A DNA stretch of 64,000 nt from a candidate division WOR-3 bacterium (GTDB taxonomy: Bacteria; Hydrothermota; Hydrothermia; JBDRYB01). The stretch is from positions 299,413 to 363,412 of the forward strand of contig JBDRYB010000001.1 of the NCBI GenBank assembly GCA_039803205.1, given 5' to 3'. Of the stretch, positions 30,298 to 40,674 are shown piece after piece. The notes under the pieces were generated by a model, which saw only the letters and a program-made list of their open reading frames with translations, did no database searches and was not told the DNA's origin. The stretch's first letter is position 1; each line of letters opens with the position of its first letter. Position numbers and translations under genes: made by a program.

Positions 30298-32397
30298 TCA
30301 TCCTTCCCTTATCTCCTCCAGGATGTAGAACTCAAGGATGTCCCCCTCCTTGAACTTGTCAAAACCAGAAAGCCGAACCCCGCACTCCTCGCCTTCCCTG
30401 AGCTCCTTCACATCATCCTGGAAATGCTTCAATGAAGCCACCCCTCCATCCCATATCCTCTCCCCATCCCTTATTACCCTTACCTTTGCGCTTCTCGCTA
30501 TTGTGCCAGATTCCACAAAACAGCCAGCAACATAACCTCCGGATACCCGGAATGTCTTGAGAACCCTCGCGGAGCCAATAATCCTTTCGGCGAGCTGCGG
30601 CTCCCTCATGCCCTTGATCACAACGGAGAGATCGTCAAGGAGTTCGTAGATGACATTGTATGTCCTTATGGGAACCCTCGTTTCCTTTGCCTTTGCCCTC
30701 GCAGCCGCGTCAACGGATGTGCAAAAGGCAACGACCATACCTCCCACGGTATCAGCGAGAGCCACATCTGCTTCCGTCACGACCCCAACCCCAGCATATA
30801 CAACCTCAACCTCCACATCCTCAACCGATATGCTTGGGATGGCGTTGGAAACGGCCTCAAGAGAACCCTGGGCATCTGCCTTTACGATCAGGCGCAATTT
30901 GGGTTTTTCCTCCTCTGTCTCACCTTTTATTCTTTGGAGAAGAAGGCTCATCTCGCCCTTTACAAGCGCGTGACGCTTGGCAACAGCCCTCTTCTCCGCA
31001 ATGGATCTCGCCTCCTTCTCATCCGATACAACCTGAAGGATATCTCCGGCCTTTGGAAGCTCTGAAAGACCTTGCAGAACAACGGGTTCAGATGGCCCAG
31101 CCTTCTTGACCCTCTTGCCCCATTCGTTGTAAAGGGCCCTTACCTTTCCGTGAACAGTGCCAACAACGACTGGGTCGCCCAACCTCAGGGTGCCCTTATT
31201 GACGAGAACAGTAGCCACAGGGCCCAGGCCTCTTTCCATTTTTGACTCAAGAACAACAGCCTCCGCGGGACCCTGACTCGTCGTTCTAAGCCTCATCTCC
31301 TCTGCCTTAACGAGTATGCTGTCCAGAAGGGTATCAATTCCTTGGCCTGTTTTCCCCGAAACCGGAACCATTATCGTGTTCCCTCCCCAATCCTCAGGTA
31401 TGAGGTTTTCCTTGCTCAGCTCGCGCTTCACGCGCTCCGGGTCAGCGTTCGGAAGGTCAATCTTGGTTATAGCGACGATTATCGGACAACCGGAAAGCCT
31501 GGCGTGCGCCAGAGCCTCCCTTGTCTGTGCCTGGACGCCCTCGTTGGCCGCAACAACCAGAACCACTATATCTGCGCCCTGAGCGCCTCTTGCTCTTATT
31601 GTCGTGAATGCCGCGTGGCCGGGGGTATCAAGAAATGTTATCCTGTAGCCGCCGTGCTCCACAACATAAGCGCCTATGTGCTGAGTTATGCCTCCAGCCT
31701 CAGCCGCGGCTATGGAGGTCTTTCTTATGCAATCAAGAAGGGTAGTCTTGCCGTGGTCAACATGTCCGAGAACAGCGACAACCGGGGGCTTTGGTTCCGT
31801 CATCTCAGCGGGCGCGCTCATTTCTCTCTCAGGAGCTTTTGGTTCAACGAACTCCACCCTTATTCCGAACTCAGCCGCTACGGCCTCTATGGTCTCAGGG
31901 TCAAGAGTTTGATTGACTGTAGCGAGAACGCCCATGGACATGAGCTTCAGGATTACCTCACCCGATGGTTGTCCCATCATGGAGGACAGCTCACCGACGG
32001 AAAGGGCACCCGGAAGCACGAGCACTGATGGCTCTTCTGTGGCCACCCTCGCGCGCTCCACACGCTCAGCCTCCTTCTGGCGCTTGCGTGCCCTCCTTTT
32101 TTCTCCTGAATAGCGTCCCTTCTGGAAACTGCTCCTGGGAGTGGGCTTCTCTTCAACCGGTTTCTTGCTGGGGTGAGTTCCGTGTATCTTCTTTTTGCGT
32201 TCAAGATCAGAGGCAATGGCCGCTCGTTCCATTCTCAGGCGCTCCCTCAGAGCATCCTCCATTTCCTTGTTAACCTTTCCCTGGGGGGATTTGACATCGT
32301 ATCCGAGACCGACGAGGATAGATATAACGGCTGAGGCCGAAAGCCCCAGCTCGTCAGCTATCTCCTTGACCCTCTTTGGGCCCTTTCTCTTCGTCAC
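30298..32397 (-). CDS. infB: Translation initiation factor IF-2
   Basis: GHVDHGKTTLLD, GGITQHIGAY, DTPGHAAF. Confidence 0.97.
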   Translation of the reverse strand: MTKRKGPKRVKEIADELGLSASAVISILVGLGYDVKSPQGKVNKEMEDALRERLRMERAAIASDLERKKKIHGTHPSKKPVEEKPTPRSSFQKGRYSGEKRRARKRQKEAERVERARVATEEPSVLVLPGALSVGELSSMMGQPSGEVILKLMSMGVLATVNQTLDPETIEAVAAEFGIRVEFVEPKAPEREMSAPAEMTEPKPPVVAVLGHVDHGKTTLLDCIRKTSIAAAEAGGITQHIGAYVVEHGGYRITFLDTPGHAAFTTIRARGAQGADIVVLVVAANEGVQAQTREALAHARLSGCPIIVAITKIDLPNADPERVKRELSKENLIPEDWGGNTIMVPVSGKTGQGIDTLLDSILVKAEEMRLRTTSQGPAEAVVLESKMERGLGPVATVLVNKGTLRLGDPVVVGTVHGKVRALYNEWGKRVKKAGPSEPVVLQGLSELPKAGDILQVVSDEKEARSIAEKRAVAKRHALVKGEMSLLLQRIKGETEEEKPKLRLIVKADAQGSLEAVSNAIPSISVEDVEVEVVYAGVGVVTEADVALADTVGGMVVAFCTSVDAAARAKAKETRVPIRTYNVIYELLDDLSVVIKGMREPQLAERIIGSARVLKTFRVSGGYVAGCFVESGTIARSAKVRVIRDGERIWDGGVASLKHFQDDVKELREGEECGVRLSGFDKFKEGDILEFYILEEIREG

Positions 32398-33704
32398 TTT
32401 ATTTCCTCTCCGGATTCAAGGATGCTCTCTATGACCTCCAGGATCTTTAGGGAGCTCTTCTCGTCCAACCCAACAACCGAATGCAACTGCGCGAGGGTTG
32501 GGATCGAGGTGAATGAAGTGAGGCCCCGGTTCCTCATGGCCGAAAGCACATTCTTCGGAAGCTTTTTCTCCAGGTCTATGAGAGTTACAACACCTGGGAC
32601 GGGCTTATAATCCCGCCGTGTTATTATGTCTACCCTCTTGCCCACCAGGCCAGAAGCCAGCTTGACATTCGCCCCCTCCTCGCCCTTAGCGGACTCAACA
32701 TCCTCGTCCTCAACAACGGCCACTATCCTATCCTCTTCCGGATAGACCGTTATCGGGACAATAGGGGAAAGCGCGTTAAAAGCCAAGCGTATGGTATCTG
32801 GCTCCCATTTTATCACATCTATCTTTTCCCCTCCTATGGCTTTGATTACCTTGGATATTCTGGTTCCCTTGTGCCCAACGCAGGTCCCCACTGGGTCCAT
32901 CATGGGGTCCTTTGACCTTACCGCTACCTTTGAGCGCTTGCCGGGTATCCTGGCGACAGCCTTTATCTCTATCATTCCCTCCATTATCTCGTTTATCTCC
33001 TGCTCCAGAAACCTCCTGAGGAAGTCGTTGTGGGCCCTTGAGAGAATTATCTGGCCTCGTTTACTCTCGTCATCTCCGCCGACAGAGAGGATGAGGGCTT
33101 TCATGCTTGTTCCTTGCCTGTAGCGCTCGCCCGGTATCTGTTCCTCTGGGGGAATAATGCCTTCAGCGCGCACCACCGCGCCCAGTTTGGGCCTGAGGGT
33201 GACGAAGACCCCCTGTTTCGGATCAACCTTCTGGATGTCAACTATCTCCAGCTCCCCTACCCTTGACTGGAACTCCTTGAACACATTGTATTTCACTGCC
33301 TCCCTTATCCGCTGTGTGAAGATGTTCTTTATCCGGTAAACGGTTGAGCGGTCAAGGGACTCAAAGGGAATGGGTATCTGAACCGTTCCGCCTGGTATGG
33401 CGCTCTCCGAGTAGGCCCTTGCTTCCTCAAGGGAAATGAAACATGGTTCCTTTGGTTCCTCTGATTCATCCTGGGCAAGTCTGAATTCAAGGGTAGCTTT
33501 CTCAACATCCTCAACAACCTTCTTCTCTACCCGGATGTCTATCGCCCCCTTTTTCAGGTCTATGTCCACCACGATATTGCAACCAGGGTGGTTCCTAGAA
33601 AGGGCTTTGACTATGGAATCCCTGAGAACCGCAACGACAAGCTCCCTTGATAGCCTTCTCTTCGTGTGTATCTCCGCTATAAAGTCCAATAGGGGCAGTT
33701 TCAT
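32394..33704 (-). CDS. nusA: Transcription termination/antitermination factor NusA
   Basis: S1 and KH domains, ARIPGKRSKVAV, DPVGTCVG, GEKIDVI; lies between rimP and infB. Confidence 0.93.
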   Translation of the reverse strand: MKLPLLDFIAEIHTKRRLSRELVVAVLRDSIVKALSRNHPGCNIVVDIDLKKGAIDIRVEKKVVEDVEKATLEFRLAQDESEEPKEPCFISLEEARAYSESAIPGGTVQIPIPFESLDRSTVYRIKNIFTQRIREAVKYNVFKEFQSRVGELEIVDIQKVDPKQGVFVTLRPKLGAVVRAEGIIPPEEQIPGERYRQGTSMKALILSVGGDDESKRGQIILSRAHNDFLRRFLEQEINEIMEGMIEIKAVARIPGKRSKVAVRSKDPMMDPVGTCVGHKGTRISKVIKAIGGEKIDVIKWEPDTIRLAFNALSPIVPITVYPEEDRIVAVVEDEDVESAKGEEGANVKLASGLVGKRVDIITRRDYKPVPGVVTLIDLEKKLPKNVLSAMRNRGLTSFTSIPTLAQLHSVVGLDEKSSLKILEVIESILESGEEIK

Positions 33705-34111
33705 GTGTCCACCTCCGCCAGGTTTAATCTGGCAAGGTCTCTCACGCTTAGAACCTCTCCCTCAAGGTTTATCTCCTCGTCTGAGACCGATATGAGCCTT
33801 CCCGAGAGGACTCGTCCTCCCCGAGTGACGGCCCTTACCCTCTTTCCTATGGCCCAAACCATCTCCCTCCTGGTTTTCAATTCCCGGTCCAGTCCAGGAG
33901 AAGAAACCTCAAGGGTATACGGCCCTTGAATGGGATAACCCTTATCCAGAAACCTTTCAAGTCGTCTGGAGAGCGCCGCGCATTCCTCCACGCTCACGCC
34001 GCGATCCCCGTCAACAAATACCCTGAGAAAGCCTGGTCCTTGCTCCACGGCAACCAGGACTAGCCCCTGTTCCTCTGCCATCCTCTCAATGATGCTTTCC
34101 AGTTCCATCAA
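33701..34111 (-). CDS. rimP: Ribosome maturation factor RimP
   Basis: LRVFVD, ECAALSR, YTLEVSSPGLDR. Confidence 0.93.
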   Translation of the reverse strand: MMELESIIERMAEEQGLVLVAVEQGPGFLRVFVDGDRGVSVEECAALSRRLERFLDKGYPIQGPYTLEVSSPGLDRELKTRREMVWAIGKRVRAVTRGGRVLSGRLISVSDEEINLEGEVLSVRDLARLNLAEVDT

Positions 34112-35811
34112 GGTATCCTCCCCATTAGCCCCTTTATCCCTTTCACGACCTCTCCAAAACTGAAATCAAACCTCTCCCCAGTTCTTCTGACCTGAACCTC
34201 AACCTTCCCCTCCCTCATCTTTCTCTCTCCTACGACCAAAAGCAAGGGAAAACCTATGAGCTCCGCATCCCTGAACTTGAATCCAGGCGTCTCATCCCTG
34301 TCGTCCAGTATAACATCTACGCCCTCTTTCTTTAGCATATTATAAAGCTCCTCTGCTTCCCGGATAAACTTGTCTCCGGCTATGTTCAGCACGACGAGCT
34401 CATGAGGCGCTATGGCCCTCGGCCAGCTGAGACCCCGTTCGTCAGCAAAAGCATCCGCGGCAGCTGTCATTATCCTTCCGAGGCCTATCCCGTATGAGCC
34501 CATTATCACGGGCTTCAAGGAGCCATCCCTGTCCGTGAACACAACCCCCATGGTCTCGGAGTATCTCGTGCCGAGCTTGAAGATGTGGCCTATCTCTATG
34601 GCGGTTCTCAGTCTGAGGTTTCCCCCGCACCTGCACCTATCCCCATCCTTGACAGCCCGCAGATCGGCAAACCTGTCAACGGCAAAATCCACAAGAGGGC
34701 TAACGCCTACGATGTGATGATCGTTCTCGTTAGCTCCGACAACCCCGCGCTCAACGCCCCTCACGCTTTCGTCAGCTATAACCCCTCCGATTTTGCCTTT
34801 TATCCCAATAGGCCCGACAAAACCGATCTCAGCTCCGAATATCTCCCTTATCTCCTCCGGAAGACCAAGAAGGGGCGTTCCTCCCAGCTCCTTAGCCAGC
34901 TTCGGTTCTGAGAGCTCCTGATCCCCTCTTACCAGGACAACATACGGCACATCTCCCACATAATAGACAAGGGTCTTTATTATCAGGTTGGTTTCTATTC
35001 CGAGAAATCCCGCTACCTCCTCCGCTGTTCTCACATTAGGGGTATGAACCTTCTCCCTGTTTCTGTAGGGGCTATTGGGTTTTTCGGGAACCGGAATTCC
35101 GGTTGCCACATCAAGATTGGCCGAATATCCGCAGGAATCGCAGAGGGCTATTGTGTCCTCTCCGGATTCGGAGAGAACCATGAACTCCTCTGATCCTGTC
35201 CCGCCCATGACACCGGAGGATGCGAGGACCTCCACAAAAGGTAGGCCGCAGCGGGTGAAGATTGCCCGGTATGCCTGGCGATGGAGCTCGTAGGCGTGAT
35301 CAAGCCCCTCCCATGTAGCGTCAAGGGTGTAGCTGTCCTTCATTAGAAACTCTCGCACCCTGAGCAATCCGCCTCGTGGCCTTGGCTCATCCCTGAACTT
35401 GTTCTGGACCTGATACCATATCTGAGGAAGGTCCCTGTGGGACTTTATGTGCTTGCGAGCTATCTCCGATATAACCTCCTCGTGAGTTGGGGCCAGAACA
35501 TAGTCCCTTTCCTTTCTGTCCTTTAGCCTGAACATGTCGGGCCCGAAAGCATCCCAGCGCCCGGATTCCTGCCACAAAGAGGCTGGGTTGAGGGATGGCA
35601 TGAATATCTCTTGGCCGCCTATCTTGTCCATCTCCTCCTGAATTATCCTATATATCTTCTTTATCACGCGCCAGCCAAGAGGCAGAAAAGCGTAGACCCC
35701 TGAGGCTATCTGCTTGATGAACCCTCCCCTGAGAAGGAGCTGGTGGCTACGGGTCTCCGCCTCAGAGGGGGTTTCTTTGAGGGTGTGGATGAAAGCCTTA
35801 CTCCATCGCAT
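34108..35811 (-). CDS. proS: Proline--tRNA ligase (with editing insertion)
   Basis: LAPTHEE, KFRDEPRPRGGLLRVREFLMKDSY, IEIGHIFKLG, MGSYGIG. Confidence 0.97.
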   Translation of the reverse strand: MRWSKAFIHTLKETPSEAETRSHQLLLRGGFIKQIASGVYAFLPLGWRVIKKIYRIIQEEMDKIGGQEIFMPSLNPASLWQESGRWDAFGPDMFRLKDRKERDYVLAPTHEEVISEIARKHIKSHRDLPQIWYQVQNKFRDEPRPRGGLLRVREFLMKDSYTLDATWEGLDHAYELHRQAYRAIFTRCGLPFVEVLASSGVMGGTGSEEFMVLSESGEDTIALCDSCGYSANLDVATGIPVPEKPNSPYRNREKVHTPNVRTAEEVAGFLGIETNLIIKTLVYYVGDVPYVVLVRGDQELSEPKLAKELGGTPLLGLPEEIREIFGAEIGFVGPIGIKGKIGGVIADESVRGVERGVVGANENDHHIVGVSPLVDFAVDRFADLRAVKDGDRCRCGGNLRLRTAIEIGHIFKLGTRYSETMGVVFTDRDGSLKPVIMGSYGIGLGRIMTAAADAFADERGLSWPRAIAPHELVVLNIAGDKFIREAEELYNMLKKEGVDVILDDRDETPGFKFRDAELIGFPLLLVVGERKMREGKVEVQVRRTGERFDFSFGEVVKGIKGLMGRIP

Positions 35812-35919
35812 CAGGCTGAGATTTTAAACCGGGGAGCGATCCTGGTTCAAAGAAGGATGCTGATTGAAGAGCCGGAAACCGAGACCCTATAATCTTCGGC
35901 CGAACGGATTTTTGAAGCA

Positions 35920-37269
35920 TTGCGCCAAGCCATCATTTTCACACTAATTCTCGCGGCTATCAGGCTAGCCGTGGCGCACCTTTATCCGCTTCTTCCGGAC
36001 GAGGCATACTACTGGGTCTGGTCAAGGGGTTTGGCCTTTGGTTATTTTGATCATCCGCCAATGGTCGGGTGGCTGGTTAAGGGGGGGACCATATTCCTTG
36101 GCAATTCCCACTTGGGGGTAAGATCGCTCTTTATCCTCCTATCCGGGTGCGCCGGGTTATTGATATATCTGTTGATAAGAGACCTATCAGAGGATCGCCA
36201 GGGGTTTCACGGGCTTTTGGCCGGGACATCCGCTCTCATGCTCGGCATAGGGGGGCTTCTGGCTGTTCCGGATGTCCCTCTCGTTTTCTTCTGGACACTG
36301 GGGCTTCTCTCAGGGATAAAGGCCCTGAAAAGGCCAGGCTGGTGGTTGATCTATGGTATAGCTCTAGGCGGTGCTATGCTTTCAAAATATAGCGGGGTAT
36401 TTCTTCTAACGGTTCCCTTGGCTTATCTGTTCACAGATAGAAGATTCCTCATAAAACCACAGTGGTGGCTGGGTCTCGGTGTCAGCCTCGCCATCTTCCT
36501 CCCAAACATAATCTGGAACGCGGTGCACGGCTGGGTCTCTTTCGCTTTTCAGCTGGGCCACGGCCTCGGAAAGGGCTTCAATCCCTCGGGGCCTCTTAAA
36601 TACATCCTTGACGCGGCTCTCGTGAACAGCGTTTTTCCCTTCGTTTTTCTTCTATGGGGCACAATAAGGGCCGCCCGGAAATTCAGGGAACCCAGCATCC
36701 TGGCTCTCATCTTCTCGTTCTGGGCTCCGTTCCTCTTCTTCTGGGCCGCCAGCCTCAGGGGGCATGCAGAGGCAAACTGGGCCGCTCCCGCTTACATGAG
36801 CCTAGTGGTTTTAGGGGTTCTTGGACTCGGAACATCAACCAAAGGGTGGGCCTGGAAGGCTTCAGTCGTGTTCGGCCTGGCACTCGTGGGAATCGCATAT
36901 ATCCAGGCTGTTCATCCCTTCTTGCGGATAAAGGGGGATCCCACCGAAAGGGCGAGGGGATGGAAGGAGCTGGCCATGTGCGTTCAATCTGTGAGGGAGG
37001 CCTATCCCGAATTGAGCCTCGCCGCGTCCCGGTATCAGGAGGCATCTGAGCTCTCGTTTTACCTTCCCGGAAACCCGACAGTAAGGGTTGCAAACCCATC
37101 CGGAAGACAGAACCAGATAACCCTCGTCTATCCCCCAGGGCCCGGAGAGGACTTCATATTCGTGGGTGAGCCTGAGGGGTTTTCAAGCGCGGAACTCATC
37201 CTTGAATGCAGAGGGTTGAGGCATTATAATGTGTATCTCGCAAAAGGTTATTCCGTATGCGAATATTGA
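35920..37269 (+). CDS. Glycosyltransferase family 39 (ArnT/PMT-like) membrane protein
   Basis: DEAYYW...GYFDHPPM, PDVPL, LSKY. Confidence 0.88.
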   Translation: MRQAIIFTLILAAIRLAVAHLYPLLPDEAYYWVWSRGLAFGYFDHPPMVGWLVKGGTIFLGNSHLGVRSLFILLSGCAGLLIYLLIRDLSEDRQGFHGLLAGTSALMLGIGGLLAVPDVPLVFFWTLGLLSGIKALKRPGWWLIYGIALGGAMLSKYSGVFLLTVPLAYLFTDRRFLIKPQWWLGLGVSLAIFLPNIIWNAVHGWVSFAFQLGHGLGKGFNPSGPLKYILDAALVNSVFPFVFLLWGTIRAARKFREPSILALIFSFWAPFLFFWAASLRGHAEANWAAPAYMSLVVLGVLGLGTSTKGWAWKASVVFGLALVGIAYIQAVHPFLRIKGDPTERARGWKELAMCVQSVREAYPELSLAASRYQEASELSFYLPGNPTVRVANPSGRQNQITLVYPPGPGEDFIFVGEPEGFSSAELILECRGLRHYNVYLAKGYSVCEY

Positions 37270-38702
37270 TGTTGTGGTTTTTGTCCTCGCCTGATCCCGG
37301 AGCCTTCCAGGTTCACCAAATAGAGATCCAGACCCACGACATCTACGAGACAAGGGGCTTCCCCGGCAACCTCATCTCTTGGCTTCACATTGCCACTGCC
37401 GAAAATACAATAAGGGGTCTTCTGACATTCAAGGAAGGCGATATAATCACCGCGGAGATCATGGAGGAGAACGAGCGTAGACTGAGAGGAACCGGGCTTT
37501 TCAGCAGGGTCTGGCTGGAGAGGCTCAGAGAAGGGGATACCTCAATCGTCTGGGTTGGGACATGGGACCTCTGGTCAAGCTCGTTTTACCTCGATCTCTC
37601 AAGGGAAGGGGGCTTACAGAGGTTTGGTCTCGGACTTATGGAACACAACTTCCTGGGGATGGCAAAGGAGGTCTCGGCTCTGTATCAGAAGGACTACGAG
37701 AGGAACTATTGGGAGGTCTGCTACAGGGACATGGACTTCCTATCCAGAGGCCTTGAGATGGGTCTCTCGGCCCAGATAAGGACCGATGGCCAGCTGGCGA
37801 GCGCTGGGATCGGGAAACCATTCAGAACTGTTGGAGAGAGATGGGCATGGGGCCTCTCCGGCTCCCTGGATTCAAGCAGACTAAAGGTTTATGTTGAGGG
37901 TAGCCCTGTTGATTCAGAGGACTTCTGCATTCATTGGGCAGGCCTGAGGGTATCAAAAAACCTGATGGAGAACGCTATCGCGGCCCCGTTCCTCGATCTC
38001 AAATACTGGGAGAGGAGGGGCAGGGATACTGTTCTGATGAGTGGGGTGGGCGTTGGGTTTGCCTACGAGAGAAGGAACTATTGCAAGACAACCAGGCTGG
38101 ATGGCTTTGGGTATGATGAGGATTTCTTGCTTGGACCAACTCTCAGCCTAGGGGCCTGGATATACACGGAGGGATGGGGTTGTGAGGCCGGGCTTATGGT
38201 TGGTTGGCATCTCGGGGAGCGAGTGTTTTGGGATATGAGGCCTTCGGTGCAGTATAGCCGCGTGAGCGGTCGGGAAATGACCAAGGCAGAATTTACCACC
38301 AAGGCATACCTTAAGCCTCATCCTCAATCAGTGATAGCTGTTTCGCTTTGCTCTGGAAGGATGAGCGGACAACCAGGCCTCACTTCATATGAGTTGGGAG
38401 GCACATCAGGCCTCAGAGGATGGCCAGCTTTCTGGCTGTCCGGCAAGGAGAAACTGCTCGTTCAGTCCGAGCTCAGGCTAATAGGCCCGGAGGTTTTCCA
38501 GTTCTTTGTGCCGGGGATAACATTCTTCTGGGATGGGGGGGACATAGACTTTGGGGACGGGGATTTCGCGTGGGACATTGGCATCGGCCTCCGTCTGGGC
38601 CTCACGAAGGTCTTCAAGTTTCCGAATCTCATGGTAGATGCGGGTTGGCCGTATGGGCGCGGGAACCCGGTTTATTCGTTCAGGACAGCCCAAGGGTTCT
38701 AG
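37257..38702 (+). CDS. Omp85/BamA-TamA-like outer membrane protein (one POTRA plus barrel)
   Basis: ENERRLRGTGLFS, EHNFLG, LGGTSGLRGW, C-terminal Phe. Confidence 0.75.
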   Translation: MRILMLWFLSSPDPGAFQVHQIEIQTHDIYETRGFPGNLISWLHIATAENTIRGLLTFKEGDIITAEIMEENERRLRGTGLFSRVWLERLREGDTSIVWVGTWDLWSSSFYLDLSREGGLQRFGLGLMEHNFLGMAKEVSALYQKDYERNYWEVCYRDMDFLSRGLEMGLSAQIRTDGQLASAGIGKPFRTVGERWAWGLSGSLDSSRLKVYVEGSPVDSEDFCIHWAGLRVSKNLMENAIAAPFLDLKYWERRGRDTVLMSGVGVGFAYERRNYCKTTRLDGFGYDEDFLLGPTLSLGAWIYTEGWGCEAGLMVGWHLGERVFWDMRPSVQYSRVSGREMTKAEFTTKAYLKPHPQSVIAVSLCSGRMSGQPGLTSYELGGTSGLRGWPAFWLSGKEKLLVQSELRLIGPEVFQFFVPGITFFWDGGDIDFGDGDFAWDIGIGLRLGLTKVFKFPNLMVDAGWPYGRGNPVYSFRTAQGF

Positions 38703-38724
38703 AGGCTTCCTTTGGGACGAGCCT

Positions 38725-40389
38725 CTATTTGCCCTCACCCCCCTGAGTCTCTTCCCTAGTGGCTATGCATGAGAACTCAAAAACGGGGGTGAATTTCTGC
38801 GTCACAGTCACATCAACCTGCTCCTGGCCGCAGTTGTAGTTTGAGAAGGTGTAGGATGCTGAGTATGTGTTTGTGAATGGCTGAAAGCTAGCGAGCTGTG
38901 CCTGGCTTATGTCTATCATCCAGGGTATCTTTGCGGGGATGTCCACGAACCCAGAAGCTATTCTGTCTCCCACAACCCTGGCGTTGAAGAGGTCAAATAC
39001 ATCAACAGCGTCATCAACCGCGTTCTTCGCGTATGCCCCTCCGAAATAGAAGCACAGGTTTATTATCTGGACGCGGCTGGGGTCCTCGCCAACCGGGAGC
39101 CCAATTACATATATTGTGTCAACCGTGGGATCTGATAGGTTCCAAGGGTCAAGAAGCCCGCAGTCAGTATACTTGAAGCCTGATACCGTGCCTTTCTCCT
39201 TGAGGGGTTCGTATTTCATTTTTACGAGATTCCCCGAGTACCACCAAGCGTCCTTTGCATTCATGGCCTTGTGGAAGAAATCATTTATGAGATAGTCGCG
39301 ACAGTTCATCATGTAGTGAAGCTCATAGTCAAACGAAAGGGTCATGTTTATATTCTTTGACCTGAAATTCCAGGTGGATGAGACCCGCCAGGCGTAATCA
39401 GCCCTAATCAGGAATGTGTCCGGGCCGAATATGGTTATCTTCTTGTCATCCCTGACCTTGCCATCCAGATAGTCAACCGCCGCCACCTCATACGCGGCTT
39501 TGAGCGGGTTCTTTCCGGCAGAGAAAGCGCTCGGATCCGGAAGCTTATACTGAAATGTCGCTGTCCCGGCCTTTACATAGTCCCAGCGCCAGTTTGACCT
39601 ATCAGATGGTTCGCCCGAGACGATGTTTCCTGGGGAACCCTCCTTGAGCCTCACTGCCAGACGCATGGATTCCCCGAGATACTGAAAAACAGGCCTGTCA
39701 TAGACATTTCGGATGCTACTAATCGTGATGGAGACAGTTCTATCGTGGGACATGGACGCGGTATCCACTGAAACCATGACCTGGGCCTCCGTTGGGGTCT
39801 CTGTCCTCTCTATGATCTGGGAAATGCTCTCGGTCTCGCTTAGCTTCTTTGCCTTGGACTTGCTGAACTCCTTGTAGAGATCATCAACCATCTGGAGAAG
39901 GGCTTGTATGACATTGCGTATATCCTTCTTGTTTATGGTAGCCTTGTTGCGACGGTAAATTGCCCCCGTTGCGTTGTTGATGAGCCATATTCCTGCCAGG
40001 AGCCCGTTCTGATCCTCACCCACTACCAGGTCAATGGTGTATGCGGCCTTTGATCTCATGGTATCATCTTCTATGTGGAGGAAACCGTTGTCCTCGTGGG
40101 TGAAGTATCTGAAGAATTGGGCCCTCGTTATGTCCAGCCTGTAGGCCGCAGGGACATCTATATTCGGGTCCTGGAAGTTCTTCTGGAAGCGCTTGAAGAC
40201 TATTTCCTTGTTCTTCTCAAGCTGCGCGGCATCTATTCCGCGCGAGAGGTATCCGTTCGGATCGACGAACATCTGCATTTTGAAGTTGACCCCGGGCTTG
40301 GCCAAGAGGCTAGCCGGCAACAGGAAAACAAACCCAAGACAATACCCTATAAAAGCCCTATTAATCATCTTTTTCTCCATGACCCGCAT
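38725..40389 (-). CDS. Hypothetical exported protein
   Basis: 554-aa ORF with a classical signal peptide; no motif recognised; start may be ATG 40380. Confidence 0.65.
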   Translation of the reverse strand: MRVMEKKMINRAFIGYCLGFVFLLPASLLAKPGVNFKMQMFVDPNGYLSRGIDAAQLEKNKEIVFKRFQKNFQDPNIDVPAAYRLDITRAQFFRYFTHEDNGFLHIEDDTMRSKAAYTIDLVVGEDQNGLLAGIWLINNATGAIYRRNKATINKKDIRNVIQALLQMVDDLYKEFSKSKAKKLSETESISQIIERTETPTEAQVMVSVDTASMSHDRTVSITISSIRNVYDRPVFQYLGESMRLAVRLKEGSPGNIVSGEPSDRSNWRWDYVKAGTATFQYKLPDPSAFSAGKNPLKAAYEVAAVDYLDGKVRDDKKITIFGPDTFLIRADYAWRVSSTWNFRSKNINMTLSFDYELHYMMNCRDYLINDFFHKAMNAKDAWWYSGNLVKMKYEPLKEKGTVSGFKYTDCGLLDPWNLSDPTVDTIYVIGLPVGEDPSRVQIINLCFYFGGAYAKNAVDDAVDVFDLFNARVVGDRIASGFVDIPAKIPWMIDISQAQLASFQPFTNTYSASYTFSNYNCGQEQVDVTVTQKFTPVFEFSCIATREETQGGEGK

Positions 40390-40674
40390 ATTTTAAGACA
40401 TAAGCGAGGAGCTTTTCAAGCTTGGATCCTCCCCAGAGAACTTTCCGGATTTCCGGCACCTTAGCCCCCTGTTTATATTAGGAGATCAACCGGTATTTGC
40501 GAATTATGAGCTCACAGCTCTACCTATATGCTCACGGCCCTCCCTAGTGATCGCGATCATCACGCACCGTCTCCTTTCATACCCCTCATAGGAGGTGGCC
40601 CATATTCTAATCCAAAGGCCGAATCCGGGCCGATGTGGTTGAAGATCGCCGCGTCTGGCTCTTATAATCTCAGC

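Noticed and set aside
32394..33704. NusA with an acidic N-terminal insertion and atypical second KH loop (KGEEG)
   Set aside because: Within the divergence expected for a deep-branching lineage; cannot be judged without alignments
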